NCBI GenBank assembly: GCA_040387415.1 | Contig: JAZKDU010000011.1 | Span: forward strand, 27,499-91,498 | Length of the DNA: 64,000 nucleotides | Origin: Bacteroidota bacterium | Lineage (GTDB): Bacteria > Bacteroidota > Bacteroidia > 2-12-FULL-35-15 | Direction of reading: 5' to 3' | Part shown: piece by piece, positions 30,435-40,900 of the stretch | How the letters are laid out: every line of letters begins with the position of its first letter | Numbering within the stretch: the first letter of the stretch is position 1 | The notes under the pieces: model-generated | Told to the model about the DNA's origin: nothing | Seen by the model: the letters and a program-made list of their open reading frames with translations, nothing else | Database searches by the model: none | Position numbers and translations under genes: made by a program

Positions 30435-32909
30435 ATGAAAAAAACAGCTACTTTCCTCAAAAAACAACAAAGCAAAATTATGCTTTTGTTAATTGCCAGT
30501 ATCTGGCTTCAAGGCGCTTCAATGGTTTCAGCGCAAAATAATTATGCTATTCCGGATGCAAATTTTGCAGCCTGGTTAACTGCTAATATCCCAGCTGCCA
30601 TGAGCAGCGGAAATATGCTGGATACTACTCATGCTGATGTTTTAACTAGAACACGTATCGATGTGGAAAATTTAGGAATTGTAAGTTTAGATGGGATTCA
30701 ATTTTTTGATTCCCTTAAAACGTTGGATTGCGGTAATGGCGCTCCATCCTTAAATCCGAACACATTAACAAGCCTTCCTGCATTGCCTGTTACTTTGGAT
30801 ACTTTAATTTGTGGGCGTAATCAATTAACAAGCCTTCCTGCATTACCGGATTCACTTGTGTATTTGGCTTGCTATCAAAACATGTTGACCGCTTTGCCTT
30901 CATTTTCAACTGTTCTTCACTTTGTGGACTGCAGTCATAATCAGATAACAGCTCTTCCTGTTTTACCTGTTACCTTAACCGATTTAATATGCGATGTTAA
31001 TCAGTTAATCAGCTTACCAACTTTGCCAAGTGGACTTGCTAATTTATCTTGCAGCGGAAATCAGTTAACTGCTCTTCCCGCTTTGCCTGCCGGAATTTAT
31101 AATTTTTATTGTGGTGCAAATCAGTTAACAGCAATTCCTACGTTACCAGCAGCACTTTTATATTTTGATTGCACAAATAACTTGTTAGTAAGTTTACCTG
31201 CATTGCCAGCTTCACTTAATAGATTGGGTTGCGGTACTAATCAACTAACAACCCTTCCTACTTTGCCAAATGTATTAAGCTTTTTAACCTGTAGTTATAA
31301 TCAGTTAACAAGCCTGCCATTGCTGCCTTCAGGATTAGATCAATTAGTGTGCGATAACAATAATATTACCTGCTTTCCTGTTTTTCCTCAGATTGTAGAT
31401 ACCTCGTATTTTGTTATTAGTAACAATCCGTTTACTTGTTTACCAAATTATATTCCTGCAATGAATTCAGGTACCTTGGCTTATCCTCTATGTTTACCGG
31501 GTAACGCTAATGGATGCCCTCCAGCACAAGGTATTGCCGGATATGTATTTAAAGATGTGAATAGTGATTGCATGAAGAATACTGGTGATGAAAATTTAAA
31601 AAATATTCCTGTAAAGATATATGACAGCTCTAATAATTTAGTAAGTCAAACTGTTACTGCGCTTAATGGTGTTTACCAGTCTTTCGATTCTGCCGGAACC
31701 TATATTGTTGAGGTAGATACAGCTGGTTTACCTTTTGATATCCAATGTCCTTATCCTGGTTTGGATACAACAGTTGTATTAACAAGCCTTGATACGAATG
31801 TTAATTTCGCGCTTACCTGCAGATCAGGATTTGATGTAGGTGTTCGATCTGTTTTACCTATTGGGCTTGTGTTTCCAGGTCAGCTGCATAATTTAAGCAT
31901 TGTTGCAGGAGATATGACACAATGGTATAATCTAAATTGTGCTGCTGGCATGAGTGGTACTGTATCAGTAACTGTTAATGGACCGGTGACCTATGTTGGG
32001 CCTGGTGTAGGAGCTTTAACGCCTTCCGTTACAGGTACGGTGTACACCTACAATATTTCTGATTTGGCATCCATCAACAATAATACAGCATTTAATTTAA
32101 TTTTTTCTACAGATACCACAGCCCAAGGCGGAGATATGGTTTGCGTATTTGTAGCAACTACACCTGTTACTGATAATAATATGAGCAATAATAACTATCA
32201 GTTCTGCTACCCGGTTGTAAACTCTCATGATCCAAACATTAAAGAAGTTTATCCAACAAATGTAGAACCGGGTTACGAAGATTGGTTAACCTATACCATT
32301 CATTTTCAAAATACAGGGTCGGCACCGGCTATCAATATCCGTTTAACAGATACGTTGGATGCTAACTTAAACCTGGAAACATTCGAAGTATTAAATTACA
32401 GCCATTTAAACACTGTATCCTTAGTAGGAAATAGAATTACGGTTCGCTATCCAAATATATTTTTACCAGATAGCACTACCAATTTAGCTGGTTCTCAAGG
32501 TTTTATCCAATACCGTATAAAACCAAAAGCAAATTTGCCAATTGGTACAACAATTCACAATACAGCTCATATTTACTTTGATTATAATGCGGCTGTTGTT
32601 ACCAATACAACTGAAAATATGTTTATGACTACAGTATCTGTAGCCGAACAGATGAATACTGCTGCAAATGTTAATGTATTCCCAAATCCATTCAGTGATA
32701 ATACAACTTTTGTAATTAAATCTGAAAAAATGAATGAGATCTATTCGTTTGAAATGATAGATGTATTGGGTAAAACAGTAAAATCAATAAGCGGTATTTC
32801 CACTAAACAATTTGAGGTTTCACGCAATGGTTTGGAGTCAGGTATCTATTTTTATAAAATATATACTTCCGGACATGGTGTTGCCAATGGTAAAGTGGTA
32901 ATCAAATAA
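30435..32909 (+). CDS. T9SS type A CTD protein with ten 20-aa Leu/Pro-rich LRRs and Ig-like/DUF11-type domains
   Basis: LTSLPALPxxLxxLxCxxNQ repeats; NSHDPNIK...YTIHFQNTG; FPNPF...GIYFYKI...KVVIK C-terminus. Confidence 0.88.
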   Translation: MKKTATFLKKQQSKIMLLLIASIWLQGASMVSAQNNYAIPDANFAAWLTANIPAAMSSGNMLDTTHADVLTRTRIDVENLGIVSLDGIQFFDSLKTLDCGNGAPSLNPNTLTSLPALPVTLDTLICGRNQLTSLPALPDSLVYLACYQNMLTALPSFSTVLHFVDCSHNQITALPVLPVTLTDLICDVNQLISLPTLPSGLANLSCSGNQLTALPALPAGIYNFYCGANQLTAIPTLPAALLYFDCTNNLLVSLPALPASLNRLGCGTNQLTTLPTLPNVLSFLTCSYNQLTSLPLLPSGLDQLVCDNNNITCFPVFPQIVDTSYFVISNNPFTCLPNYIPAMNSGTLAYPLCLPGNANGCPPAQGIAGYVFKDVNSDCMKNTGDENLKNIPVKIYDSSNNLVSQTVTALNGVYQSFDSAGTYIVEVDTAGLPFDIQCPYPGLDTTVVLTSLDTNVNFALTCRSGFDVGVRSVLPIGLVFPGQLHNLSIVAGDMTQWYNLNCAAGMSGTVSVTVNGPVTYVGPGVGALTPSVTGTVYTYNISDLASINNNTAFNLIFSTDTTAQGGDMVCVFVATTPVTDNNMSNNNYQFCYPVVNSHDPNIKEVYPTNVEPGYEDWLTYTIHFQNTGSAPAINIRLTDTLDANLNLETFEVLNYSHLNTVSLVGNRITVRYPNIFLPDSTTNLAGSQGFIQYRIKPKANLPIGTTIHNTAHIYFDYNAAVVTNTTENMFMTTVSVAEQMNTAANVNVFPNPFSDNTTFVIKSEKMNEIYSFEMIDVLGKTVKSISGISTKQFEVSRNGLESGIYFYKIYTSGHGVANGKVVIK

Positions 32910-32929
32910 CTTCTTAAACTTACAATCAT

Positions 32930-32964
32930 AAAGCCTCACCAATAGTATGGTGGGGCTTTTTTTT
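32930..32964 (+). terminator. Rho-independent terminator
   Basis: AAAGCCTCACCA-ATAGTA-TGGTGGGGCTTTTTTTT. Confidence 0.85.
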
Positions 32965-33047
32965 GCTGTTCCAATTCTAGTATAAGACCAGGTTTACATA
33001 TCATTTGGTTTTGTAACTTGCTTATTCGGGTTCTACCTGATAATAAA

Positions 33048-33079
33048 TTTGCTTTCGCTGCCGAAAGGTATTACTTTTG
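33048..33079 (+). promoter_or_regulatory. Bacteroidota sigma70 promoter (-33/-7)
   Basis: TTTG at 33048-33051, 20-nt spacer, TACTTTTG at 33072-33079. Confidence 0.65.
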
Positions 33080-33302
33080 CAAGGCAATTAAATTTAGTGA
33101 ACACCCTATAAGAATAAATGGTTCGCCCTTTATTCCTAAACCGCTAGAATGAAAAAAGAATTACTTCTTTTAATCAGCCATTTCGGCTCTCTTTATCATC
33201 CAACTTCTTTAGCGGATAATTCACCGGACTTTCAGGCAGCTGAAGGTTTGAAGGCACTTTCACAATTTCTAAAAATCGAATTCTTAATTCAAATTTGAAA
33301 AA

Positions 33303-35648
33303 ATGAAGAAACAGCTACTTTCGGCATTCACAATCTTTTCTACACTTTTTGCTACCGCGCAGGAAGTCCTGATTCAGGAAGCACCATTAAATCCTGCTTT
33401 TATTGAATACCAGGCGAAGAGAAAGAGTAACGCTCTTGTTAGAGAAGTAAGTCGCGAAGGCTTTGTGCTTGGAATAATACCAGGCACGGTTGTTCCTGAT
33501 TTCACGGCCTATTCGGAAAATAACAATCAAAAAAGTATGCAAACCTTGCCAGCGGTTTACGATATGCGTACCAATGGCAAAATTACTCCGGTTAAAGATC
33601 AGGGGAATTGCGGTTCCTGCTGGCTTTTCCCTACAATGGGTGCTGTAGAATCAAGTTGGAAAGTGCTTGGGTTAAGTAATTTCGATCTTTCGGAGGATAA
33701 TTTAAAAAATTGTCATGGCTTTGATTATTTACCCTGCGATGGTGGTAACCACGAAATGGCTACCTCTTATTTCAGCAGAAGCACCGGGCCTTATTTAGAA
33801 ACACAGGATCCATATTCTGCCACATCAACAGCTTGTCCTACGGGCCTTACTCCAACTGCGTATGTATCAGATGCGCGTTTTTTACCCAGGAATAAAAATG
33901 CAATCAAACAGGCATTATTTGATTTCGGTGCCGTATATAACACCTTCCATTGGGATGATGATAGCTATAACGAATCTGATTATACGTATTATTACAGTGG
34001 ATCGAGCTCTGATTATAATCACGCAGTGCTTATTGTTGGCTGGGATGATACAAAAGTAACCGCAGGCGGTACCGGTGCCTGGATTATTAAAAACAGCTGG
34101 GGGGCTTCCTGGGGGCAAAACGGATTCTTTTACCTATCCTACAATGATACCAAAGCAATGACGGATGCCACGTATTACCCTGCCAGGGTGGATTATAATG
34201 CAGATGCTAAAATTTCCTATTACGATCATCTGGGAATGACTACTTCCATTGGTTTTGGTACTAAAACAGGTTATGGTCTTGTTAAATTTATACCTGCTGC
34301 CAACGAACAAATTACAAAAGTGGGGACCTGGGTTGCAGGAAGTAATGCGAAAGTGACAATAGAAATTTATAATACGCTCAGCGGAACCTTATCCTCATTA
34401 ATGGGTTCCATCCCAATGAAAACCTGCCCACTGCCAGGTTATTACACCTTTGATCTGCCAAGTCCAATAAGTGTTACTGCTGGTAATGATTATTATGTTA
34501 AAGTGAAATACAATACCCCGGGCACAAATTACCCTGTACCTGTAGAAAGTAAAATAGCAGACTACACATCCAATGCAGTAATAGAAACTGGTAAATGCTG
34601 GATAAGCGGCAATGGTACTTCCTGGTCGGCTGTTGGCAGTACAAGTTCCAAAAAATATGATGTTTGTGTTAAAGTATACACTAAAACAGCACTATGTGCC
34701 CCAATTACCAGTGCTGCAGCCACTCCATTAACTTCTAATGCTTGTATAGGCGGTACCACTACATTTAGTGTAAGTCCCGTAGGAAGCGGTAATACTTATC
34801 AATGGAAAGTAAGTACAAATGGAGGAACTACCTGGCTCAACTTGTCCAATTCCGGAAATTATTCAAACGTGAGCACAAGTACATTAACCGTAAATGGAAT
34901 TACTTCCGCTTTTAATAACAGAAAATTCCGCTGTATCGTTAGCAATCCTTGTTCCACTGTTAATTCCAATATGGTGACGTTAACTACTAACAATACTCCT
35001 GTAGTAACAACGCAGCCGGTTAATAAGTCCATTGGTGCTGGTGGAAATACTTCTTTTACCTTTTCTGCAACAGGTACAGGCAAAACGTATCAATGGAAAG
35101 TGAGTACCAATGGCAGCACCTGGACAAACCTCACCAATTCGGGGCCTTACACTAACGTTACCTCTTTAACATTAAATATTACAGGCGCAACTGCAGTATT
35201 AAGCGGTAAAAAGTACCGTTGTGTTGTTACCAATAGCTGCGGAACCGTGAATACAAATGTGGCAACGTTAACGGTTTCGTCAACATCACAAGCACCGCAA
35301 AATGATGATGATACGGAACATGATAATCTCCGCATTATGGATGAAAATATAGTAGATATAGAGGATGGAGCGGTTTATAAATTAGGATTTAATTATCCGA
35401 ATCCGTTTTCTTATTATACGAATGTGGAATATACCCTGCCGGAAGATGCCACAGTAACTTTAGAGATTTCTAACGTGCTTGGAACACAAATAGCGCTATT
35501 GGTAAATTCTAAAAAAGAAGCCGGTAATTACCAGATAGAATTTGATGGTAGCACCTTACCTGCAGGTTATTATACCTATACATTAAGAGCCAATGGTAAA
35601 ACACAGGCTTTTTCTCAGACAAGGATGATGGTAATTGTAAGGGAATAA
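33303..35648 (+). CDS. Papain-family (C1A) cysteine peptidase with lectin-like region, two Ig-like domains and T9SS type A CTD
   Basis: QGNCGSCW (Gln/Cys), NHAVLIVGW (His), KNSWG (Asn); YQWKVSTNG Ig repeats; NYPNPF...GYYTYTL CTD. Confidence 0.92.
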   Translation: MKKQLLSAFTIFSTLFATAQEVLIQEAPLNPAFIEYQAKRKSNALVREVSREGFVLGIIPGTVVPDFTAYSENNNQKSMQTLPAVYDMRTNGKITPVKDQGNCGSCWLFPTMGAVESSWKVLGLSNFDLSEDNLKNCHGFDYLPCDGGNHEMATSYFSRSTGPYLETQDPYSATSTACPTGLTPTAYVSDARFLPRNKNAIKQALFDFGAVYNTFHWDDDSYNESDYTYYYSGSSSDYNHAVLIVGWDDTKVTAGGTGAWIIKNSWGASWGQNGFFYLSYNDTKAMTDATYYPARVDYNADAKISYYDHLGMTTSIGFGTKTGYGLVKFIPAANEQITKVGTWVAGSNAKVTIEIYNTLSGTLSSLMGSIPMKTCPLPGYYTFDLPSPISVTAGNDYYVKVKYNTPGTNYPVPVESKIADYTSNAVIETGKCWISGNGTSWSAVGSTSSKKYDVCVKVYTKTALCAPITSAAATPLTSNACIGGTTTFSVSPVGSGNTYQWKVSTNGGTTWLNLSNSGNYSNVSTSTLTVNGITSAFNNRKFRCIVSNPCSTVNSNMVTLTTNNTPVVTTQPVNKSIGAGGNTSFTFSATGTGKTYQWKVSTNGSTWTNLTNSGPYTNVTSLTLNITGATAVLSGKKYRCVVTNSCGTVNTNVATLTVSSTSQAPQNDDDTEHDNLRIMDENIVDIEDGAVYKLGFNYPNPFSYYTNVEYTLPEDATVTLEISNVLGTQIALLVNSKKEAGNYQIEFDGSTLPAGYYTYTLRANGKTQAFSQTRMMVIVRE

Positions 35649-35800
35649 TTGCCAAGTGCTTGGTTTAATAAGTTTGCATTTGATTAATAATCCTTAACAT
35701 TGTAAGAGGGTATAACTAAGTTAGCGGTCAGGCTAAGACAACCGAAATAATTAGCAGACGAATACGAAAATATTAACTTTGATAATAAATTAACAACTAA

Positions 35801-36181
35801 TTGAGCTGGACAAAAATTTTAGAACAGGTTAGTAAAATCCAAATAAAGAGCATAACAGATTCTTTATTTAAATATGGACTTTACATCTTCGTGTTAGCGA
35901 CTATATCTGGTATTTTCAAGACCGAACCTTGGATAACTATATTGCTTTTTGCAGTTGGCGGTCTTTTCGAATTTATTGGACTTGGTTTCTATTTTTATTT
36001 CGCAAAAAAAAATCCCGACTATTTACGTTCAGAAAGTTTTCAATTAAAAAAGCAATCAATCGAAATGTTGGGAGACAAGGACAATAATCTAAATCCCCAT
36101 GTAAAAAATATTGTATTCATCGCCAGCCCTTTTTCCAAAGAACTTGGACAAGAGGACGACAAAATGAAATTTGGAGAATAA
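35801..36181 (+). CDS. Two-TM hypothetical protein
   Basis: TTG start after a TAACTTTG box (35774-35781); two hydrophobic helices, then KKNPDYLRSESFQLKKQSIEMLG; TAATG overlap with the next ORF. Confidence 0.7.
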   Translation: MSWTKILEQVSKIQIKSITDSLFKYGLYIFVLATISGIFKTEPWITILLFAVGGLFEFIGLGFYFYFAKKNPDYLRSESFQLKKQSIEMLGDKDNNLNPHVKNIVFIASPFSKELGQEDDKMKFGE

Positions 36182-36477
36182 TGTTTAATAAAGCATACAT
36201 AATAAATTTTGACAAAGGCGGACTGCATGATACCTTCGATTACAAGAAGTTTCATGAAAGTTTAATCAACGCTAACGGACTTGTTAGTTGGTCGCACTAC
36301 CTTGCAAGTTCATATATAATTATTGTTGAATATCATATTACAGCAACGAGCATTAGCAATTTTGTACAGGCAAGAATGCCGGACAAACATTTCATTGTTG
36401 TTGAACTTAACTTGAATGATCATAATGGTTGGCTTCCTAAGGAAGCTTGGGACTGGATAAATAAATATAAAAATTAA
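36181..36477 (+). CDS. Small alpha/beta hypothetical protein (possible ferredoxin-like fold)
   Basis: 98 aa; YIINFD...WSHYLASSYII...FIVVEL...GWLPKEAWDWI; coupled to the upstream ORF. Confidence 0.75.
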   Translation: MFNKAYIINFDKGGLHDTFDYKKFHESLINANGLVSWSHYLASSYIIIVEYHITATSISNFVQARMPDKHFIVVELNLNDHNGWLPKEAWDWINKYKN

Positions 36478-36481
36478 AAAA

Positions 36482-36718
36482 ATGCAAGAATTAAAATCTA
36501 CAGATGTGGTACAATTAAATGCTGGTGGACCTAAAATGTCTATACTTCGCATCATTGGTGCTGACAAGACTAATTTTCAACTAAAAACAGCTGACGAATT
36601 ATTGAAGATGCAGGGTTTTGGAGAAGGTGATGTGATTTGTCAATGGTTTGAAGGAAACAAACTTACATCAGGGACATTTAAACGCGACACATTGATTATT
36701 ATCACCCCCGAAAAATAA
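36482..36718 (+). CDS. YodC/DUF2158 family protein
   Basis: DVVQLNAGGPKMSI...VICQWFEGNKL.SGTF. Confidence 0.8.
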   Translation: MQELKSTDVVQLNAGGPKMSILRIIGADKTNFQLKTADELLKMQGFGEGDVICQWFEGNKLTSGTFKRDTLIIITPEK

Positions 36719-36778
36719 GCCCGAACCGCTAACAGCAGTGCAAGCTGCAAATGCTTTTTTTATTTGTGCGCTTCGCGC

Positions 36779-36838
36779 GAAATATTTTGCATCCGCAATT
36801 CAGTTCAGTACATTTAATAAATTTTATTCGTGAAGACA
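36779..36838 (+). repeat. Degenerate direct repeat, copy A (attC-interior-like)
   Basis: About 47/60 identical to 37910..37968 by hand alignment. Confidence 0.75.
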
Positions 36839-36915
36839 GATTTGTGAGATAACCGCACAATTTTGTAGCCGAAAAGCGGTAGTGAAAATTGCCTTATAAA
36901 TCATATTAGTCAATT

Positions 36916-37893
36916 ATGATAGAAAGAATTGTTAAAGATCCGCGTACAGAAACCTTTGAACAAATTGAAGATATTGTTGCTAAATTCAATCATTACAGAG
37001 AATTAAGCGCTAAAGGATTACATAACCTTTCAGATAATGAAATTGAGGGTTTGAAAAAAAATTTTAGCAAATTCCTAAACTTAAATCTCACTTTTTTTGC
37101 CGACACTTATCCTGTTAAATTATTTAGGGTAACAAATAACAAACTCATATACGACCAACCTCATTACAAACTTCAAAAGATTTCTGACCTTATTGGTCCA
37201 CCAACTGAAAAAGCACATATCGGCAGATGTAATTTAAAAGATGAAAGTGTTTTTTATGCAGCCCTCGATTTTAAGACTGCTCTATGGGAGACACAACCTC
37301 AGAAAGGTGATGTTATTACAGTAAGCGAATGGACCATAAAGAAGGGCGAAAAATTGAACAATCATTTTATTTTTCATCCGGAAGCTGAAAACTTAAATAG
37401 GGATAGTAAAGATGCATTTATAGCACATATTAGAGCTCAAGGAAATCTAAATCCGAAAATAGGGCCAATTTTTAAAGAAATAATGAAGTTCTTTGCAGAA
37501 GAATTTATGAAGCCAGTAAATAATGATAAAAAAAACAATTATTTATTTTCAAGTATTATTTCTTCACAACTTTTACAAACGAGCCCTGACGAAAATGGAT
37601 TTAAAGTTGAATCAATAAGCTATCCAAGTACTAAAATAGACCATGAAATTTCAAATATTGCAATTCTTAACTCTTTAGTTCTAAAAAAATTAGATTTACA
37701 AGCTGTAACTATTTTCACTGTTGTCGAAACTAATTATGATTTGTCTAATAAAAAAAGAGAAGACCTTATCATGGTTTCAGCGTTAAAAACATATCATAAA
37801 AATTTCGACTTTGAAAAAGACCAAATATATTATGATCTTGAGAGAGAATTTAAAGATGCAATTGAGTTAGACACAGGAAAAAAAGTCGAATAA
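36916..37893 (+). CDS. RES-domain protein (putative NAD+ phosphorylase-like)
   Basis: LFRV, GRCN, FYAA...LWE, ISYPS..., NIAI motif order typical of RES domains. Confidence 0.72.
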   Translation: MIERIVKDPRTETFEQIEDIVAKFNHYRELSAKGLHNLSDNEIEGLKKNFSKFLNLNLTFFADTYPVKLFRVTNNKLIYDQPHYKLQKISDLIGPPTEKAHIGRCNLKDESVFYAALDFKTALWETQPQKGDVITVSEWTIKKGEKLNNHFIFHPEAENLNRDSKDAFIAHIRAQGNLNPKIGPIFKEIMKFFAEEFMKPVNNDKKNNYLFSSIISSQLLQTSPDENGFKVESISYPSTKIDHEISNIAILNSLVLKKLDLQAVTIFTVVETNYDLSNKKREDLIMVSALKTYHKNFDFEKDQIYYDLEREFKDAIELDTGKKVE

Positions 37894-37909
37894 AGGTAAT
37901 TAGTCAATC

Positions 37910-37968
37910 GAAATATTTTGCATTTACAATTTACTTCAATACATTAATTAAGTTTTTCGGTTAAGACA
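37910..37968 (+). repeat. Degenerate direct repeat, copy B
   Basis: GAAATATTTTGCAT...AAGACA, matches 36779..36838. Confidence 0.75.
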
Positions 37969-37986
37969 AGTTACTGTAATTCAATT

Positions 37987-40900
37987 TTACCTCGTTAACA
38001 CAATCCGTTTACTTTCCTTCTTGTTTTCTTTAATTATATTCAGAACATATATTCCTGAGGGCAGGTTTTGTTCCAGTTCAATCACTTCTTTAACACAGCC
38101 ATTAACAATGGAGAGTTGTTTCTGAAATACGGTCTGCCCAAGCGAATTAAGGATTTCAACTGAAAAGGTATTTTCCTTTAGTTCATCAACACAATATTCC
38201 ATTGTAAATCGCCCGGTAGTGGGGTTTGGATAAAGTATAAAATCATAGGGAACAAAATCATCTTTTGTTTCAAGGGTTTCCAAGGCAATATCCTCCATTC
38301 TTTGTCCTCCGGATATGCCTTTTAATTTAAGGTTAAAGCTGATGTCAGAACTGCTTCGCGAGTTCTGGTGAATTTCCACTGCAATAACGTTGTTGCCATT
38401 TACAAGGCTCGCTTTGCTGATGTTGGCTATTACATACGTTGATTCACTAGCTCCATCCACATAATTGGGTGCCAGCGTATTGTAATAGATAGTTCCGGCA
38501 GGCATATTATTTCTGTAAACTTCAACACCATTTAAATATACAACAGCACCGTCATCACGTATCAGGCTTAATTCCAAACTTGAAAAGGCGGATACATCAC
38601 TTACATTAAATGATTTTCTGAAATAGGTGGTAATGTATTTATTTGTTGATGAAGTACCATAGCCCACCACGGTGGCTTCGCCTCCATCACCATATCCCAA
38701 CTCAGTATTTCCGGTTTTCCAGCCAGTTTCATTGTAACTTACAGCTTTCCAGGTAGTTCCCTGATTTGTTCCGTTGTCCAGGTATTTCCAGCTGCCACCG
38801 GCTAAAATCAGGTCGGTATTGGGGCTTGGCGTAGTTGAAGTTGCCGGAGATAGGCGAATTCCGGGAATAGGACGCTCCATTGTCCCTTCGGGTGTCTGCC
38901 AGCCTACGGCAAGGTTATCGCCTCCTACAGCTTCTTTATGAAGTGCTTCTATGTAATATTTACTGCCGGCTGTTAAATAAATAAGAGCCGATTGCTGGGA
39001 AGGGTATTTAGTCCATTCACGGGAGTTGGTCCATCCGGTAACCGAGGCTATTTTTACTTTGCTGGATGGACTATCGTTTGTACTTAACCAAAGTTCCGCA
39101 TCATCATCGGCAGCTATCCAAAAGCGGTAATTACCGGTAGTTGGAGCACAAATAAATCCTTTTATCCTGTCGGCATAATTATCACCTGTATTTGTAGGAC
39201 CTTCAAAACTGCTCAGTTGGCTGGTACTTGTAGGTGCTGTAGTAACAGGGATCTGGTTCACATGATCACCTGTAACGTTTGCCCAGTATTCTCTTAAAAT
39301 AGTACCGGTTGCAGAACAGCTGCTAGGTGGTGCAGCAGATAATAATCCTTTCAGTTTCATATTAAAACTTAAATCAGAACTGTTTCCGCTTGATTGATGG
39401 ATCTCCACCGCTATGGTGTTGTTTCCATTAATAAATTTGGAAGAGCTTATCGTGTGTTTGGTAAAAGTAGCTTCAGCTGGTTCACTTAATGCGCTGGATG
39501 CCAGAGTGGAAGATGTAATTGTTCCCGATGGCATGTTTGAACGCAAAACTTCAACCCCATTAATGTAAACCACAGCACCATCATCTTTTAACAATTGTAA
39601 TTCGAAAGAGGAGTATTGTGAAGGGTTTGAAATTGAAACGGTTTTCCTGAAATAAGTAGTAATGTACTTTGCAGAAGAGTTGGATCCAAAGGAAACTACC
39701 GTATTTTCATCGCTATCACCATAACCGAGCTCGGCAAGTCCTGTTTTCCAGCCGGAGTCGTTATAGGATGATGCTCTCCAGCCGGTTCCCTGGTTAGTTC
39801 CGTTATCAAGGTATTTCCATTGTGATCGTTCAGATATAAACGGCTCCTGAGTTTTTGTGAAAGAGTATTCTGCAAAATAATAAGTTCCATCCCGTTCAGG
39901 GCCAATTACAGTATAATCACCAGCTCCGGGATCAAGATCCGCCACTCTGCTATTGGAAACATTACCCGATAAAAAAACTTCATTGCTTCCCCCAAGGGTA
40001 ATTTCCGGTTGAGGCATTTCTAAAGTTTGGTTCCAGAAAGTACTGCCTGTATTTGAATATTTGGTAAGAGTAGTTGTAGTTTCACCGCTTACAAGGTACA
40101 TATTCCCTTGATTATCAGCAGTTCCGCCACCTTGCCCAACAATGCGGTTGCTGAATGTATAATTACCTGAAGACGAATACTTTGCAGCAAAAAGATCTCC
40201 GTATTCTGAAGAAGTATAAGTGGTAGCGCCAGCTCCAGGATCAAAATCAACCGTTCCTCTGAAAATACCAATCGCATACATATTACCTGATTCGTCAGTC
40301 GATAAATTAGAAAAGTAAATTTCTCCGTTATCGTCTAAATTATTTACCCATAAAAAGTTTCCATTCAAATCGTATTGAGCAATAAATGCGTCTGAATATC
40401 CAACGGAAGTTTTGCTGGCAGTACCTGAACTTGGGTCAAAGTCAGCAGTTCCTTTAAAATTGCCGGCCAGGCTTAATCTGTTTGAATTATCAACAGAAAT
40501 TCCAGCTACTGAAACGCCTTCTACCTCGTTATTATCAATTTTTTTAGCCCACAAAAAGTTCCCTGCCGCATCATATTTAGAAAAGTACCCCGTATTATTA
40601 GTTGAAAAAAGATTAAACACTCCCGGACCCGGATTAAAATCAACGGTTCCTCTGAATATACCAGCAGCATAAATATTGCCTGCATTATCTGTACTGGCTT
40701 TTACAAACAAAAAATCATTATAGCTGGTATTCGCTGCCGTAAGCTTTTTGGCAAATATGAGGTTACCATCTAAGGTATATTTGGCAATGAACGCACTGTG
40801 TCTGACATCTGCCTTTAAATAAGCTTTCCCGGCTCCCGGATCAAAATCCGCGGAATCAGTACCGGAGGTGGTGACATAAATTGCACCGGTGATTAAAATG

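Larger units (their letters stand above)
35720..36884 (+). mobile_element. Integron gene-cassette-like element carrying three small ORFs (no integrase in window)
   Basis: GTTAGCGGT at 35720-35728 and its exact inverse ACCGCTAAC at 36725-36733, starting 7 nt after the last stop; degenerate attC-like sequence to 36884. Confidence 0.55.

Noticed and set aside
35690-35720. Possible dif/Xer site or upstream attC at the left islet boundary
   Set aside because: Only ATGTTAA resembles a XerD arm, with no XerC arm; CCTTAAC to GTTAGCG spans ~35 nt, too short for an attC
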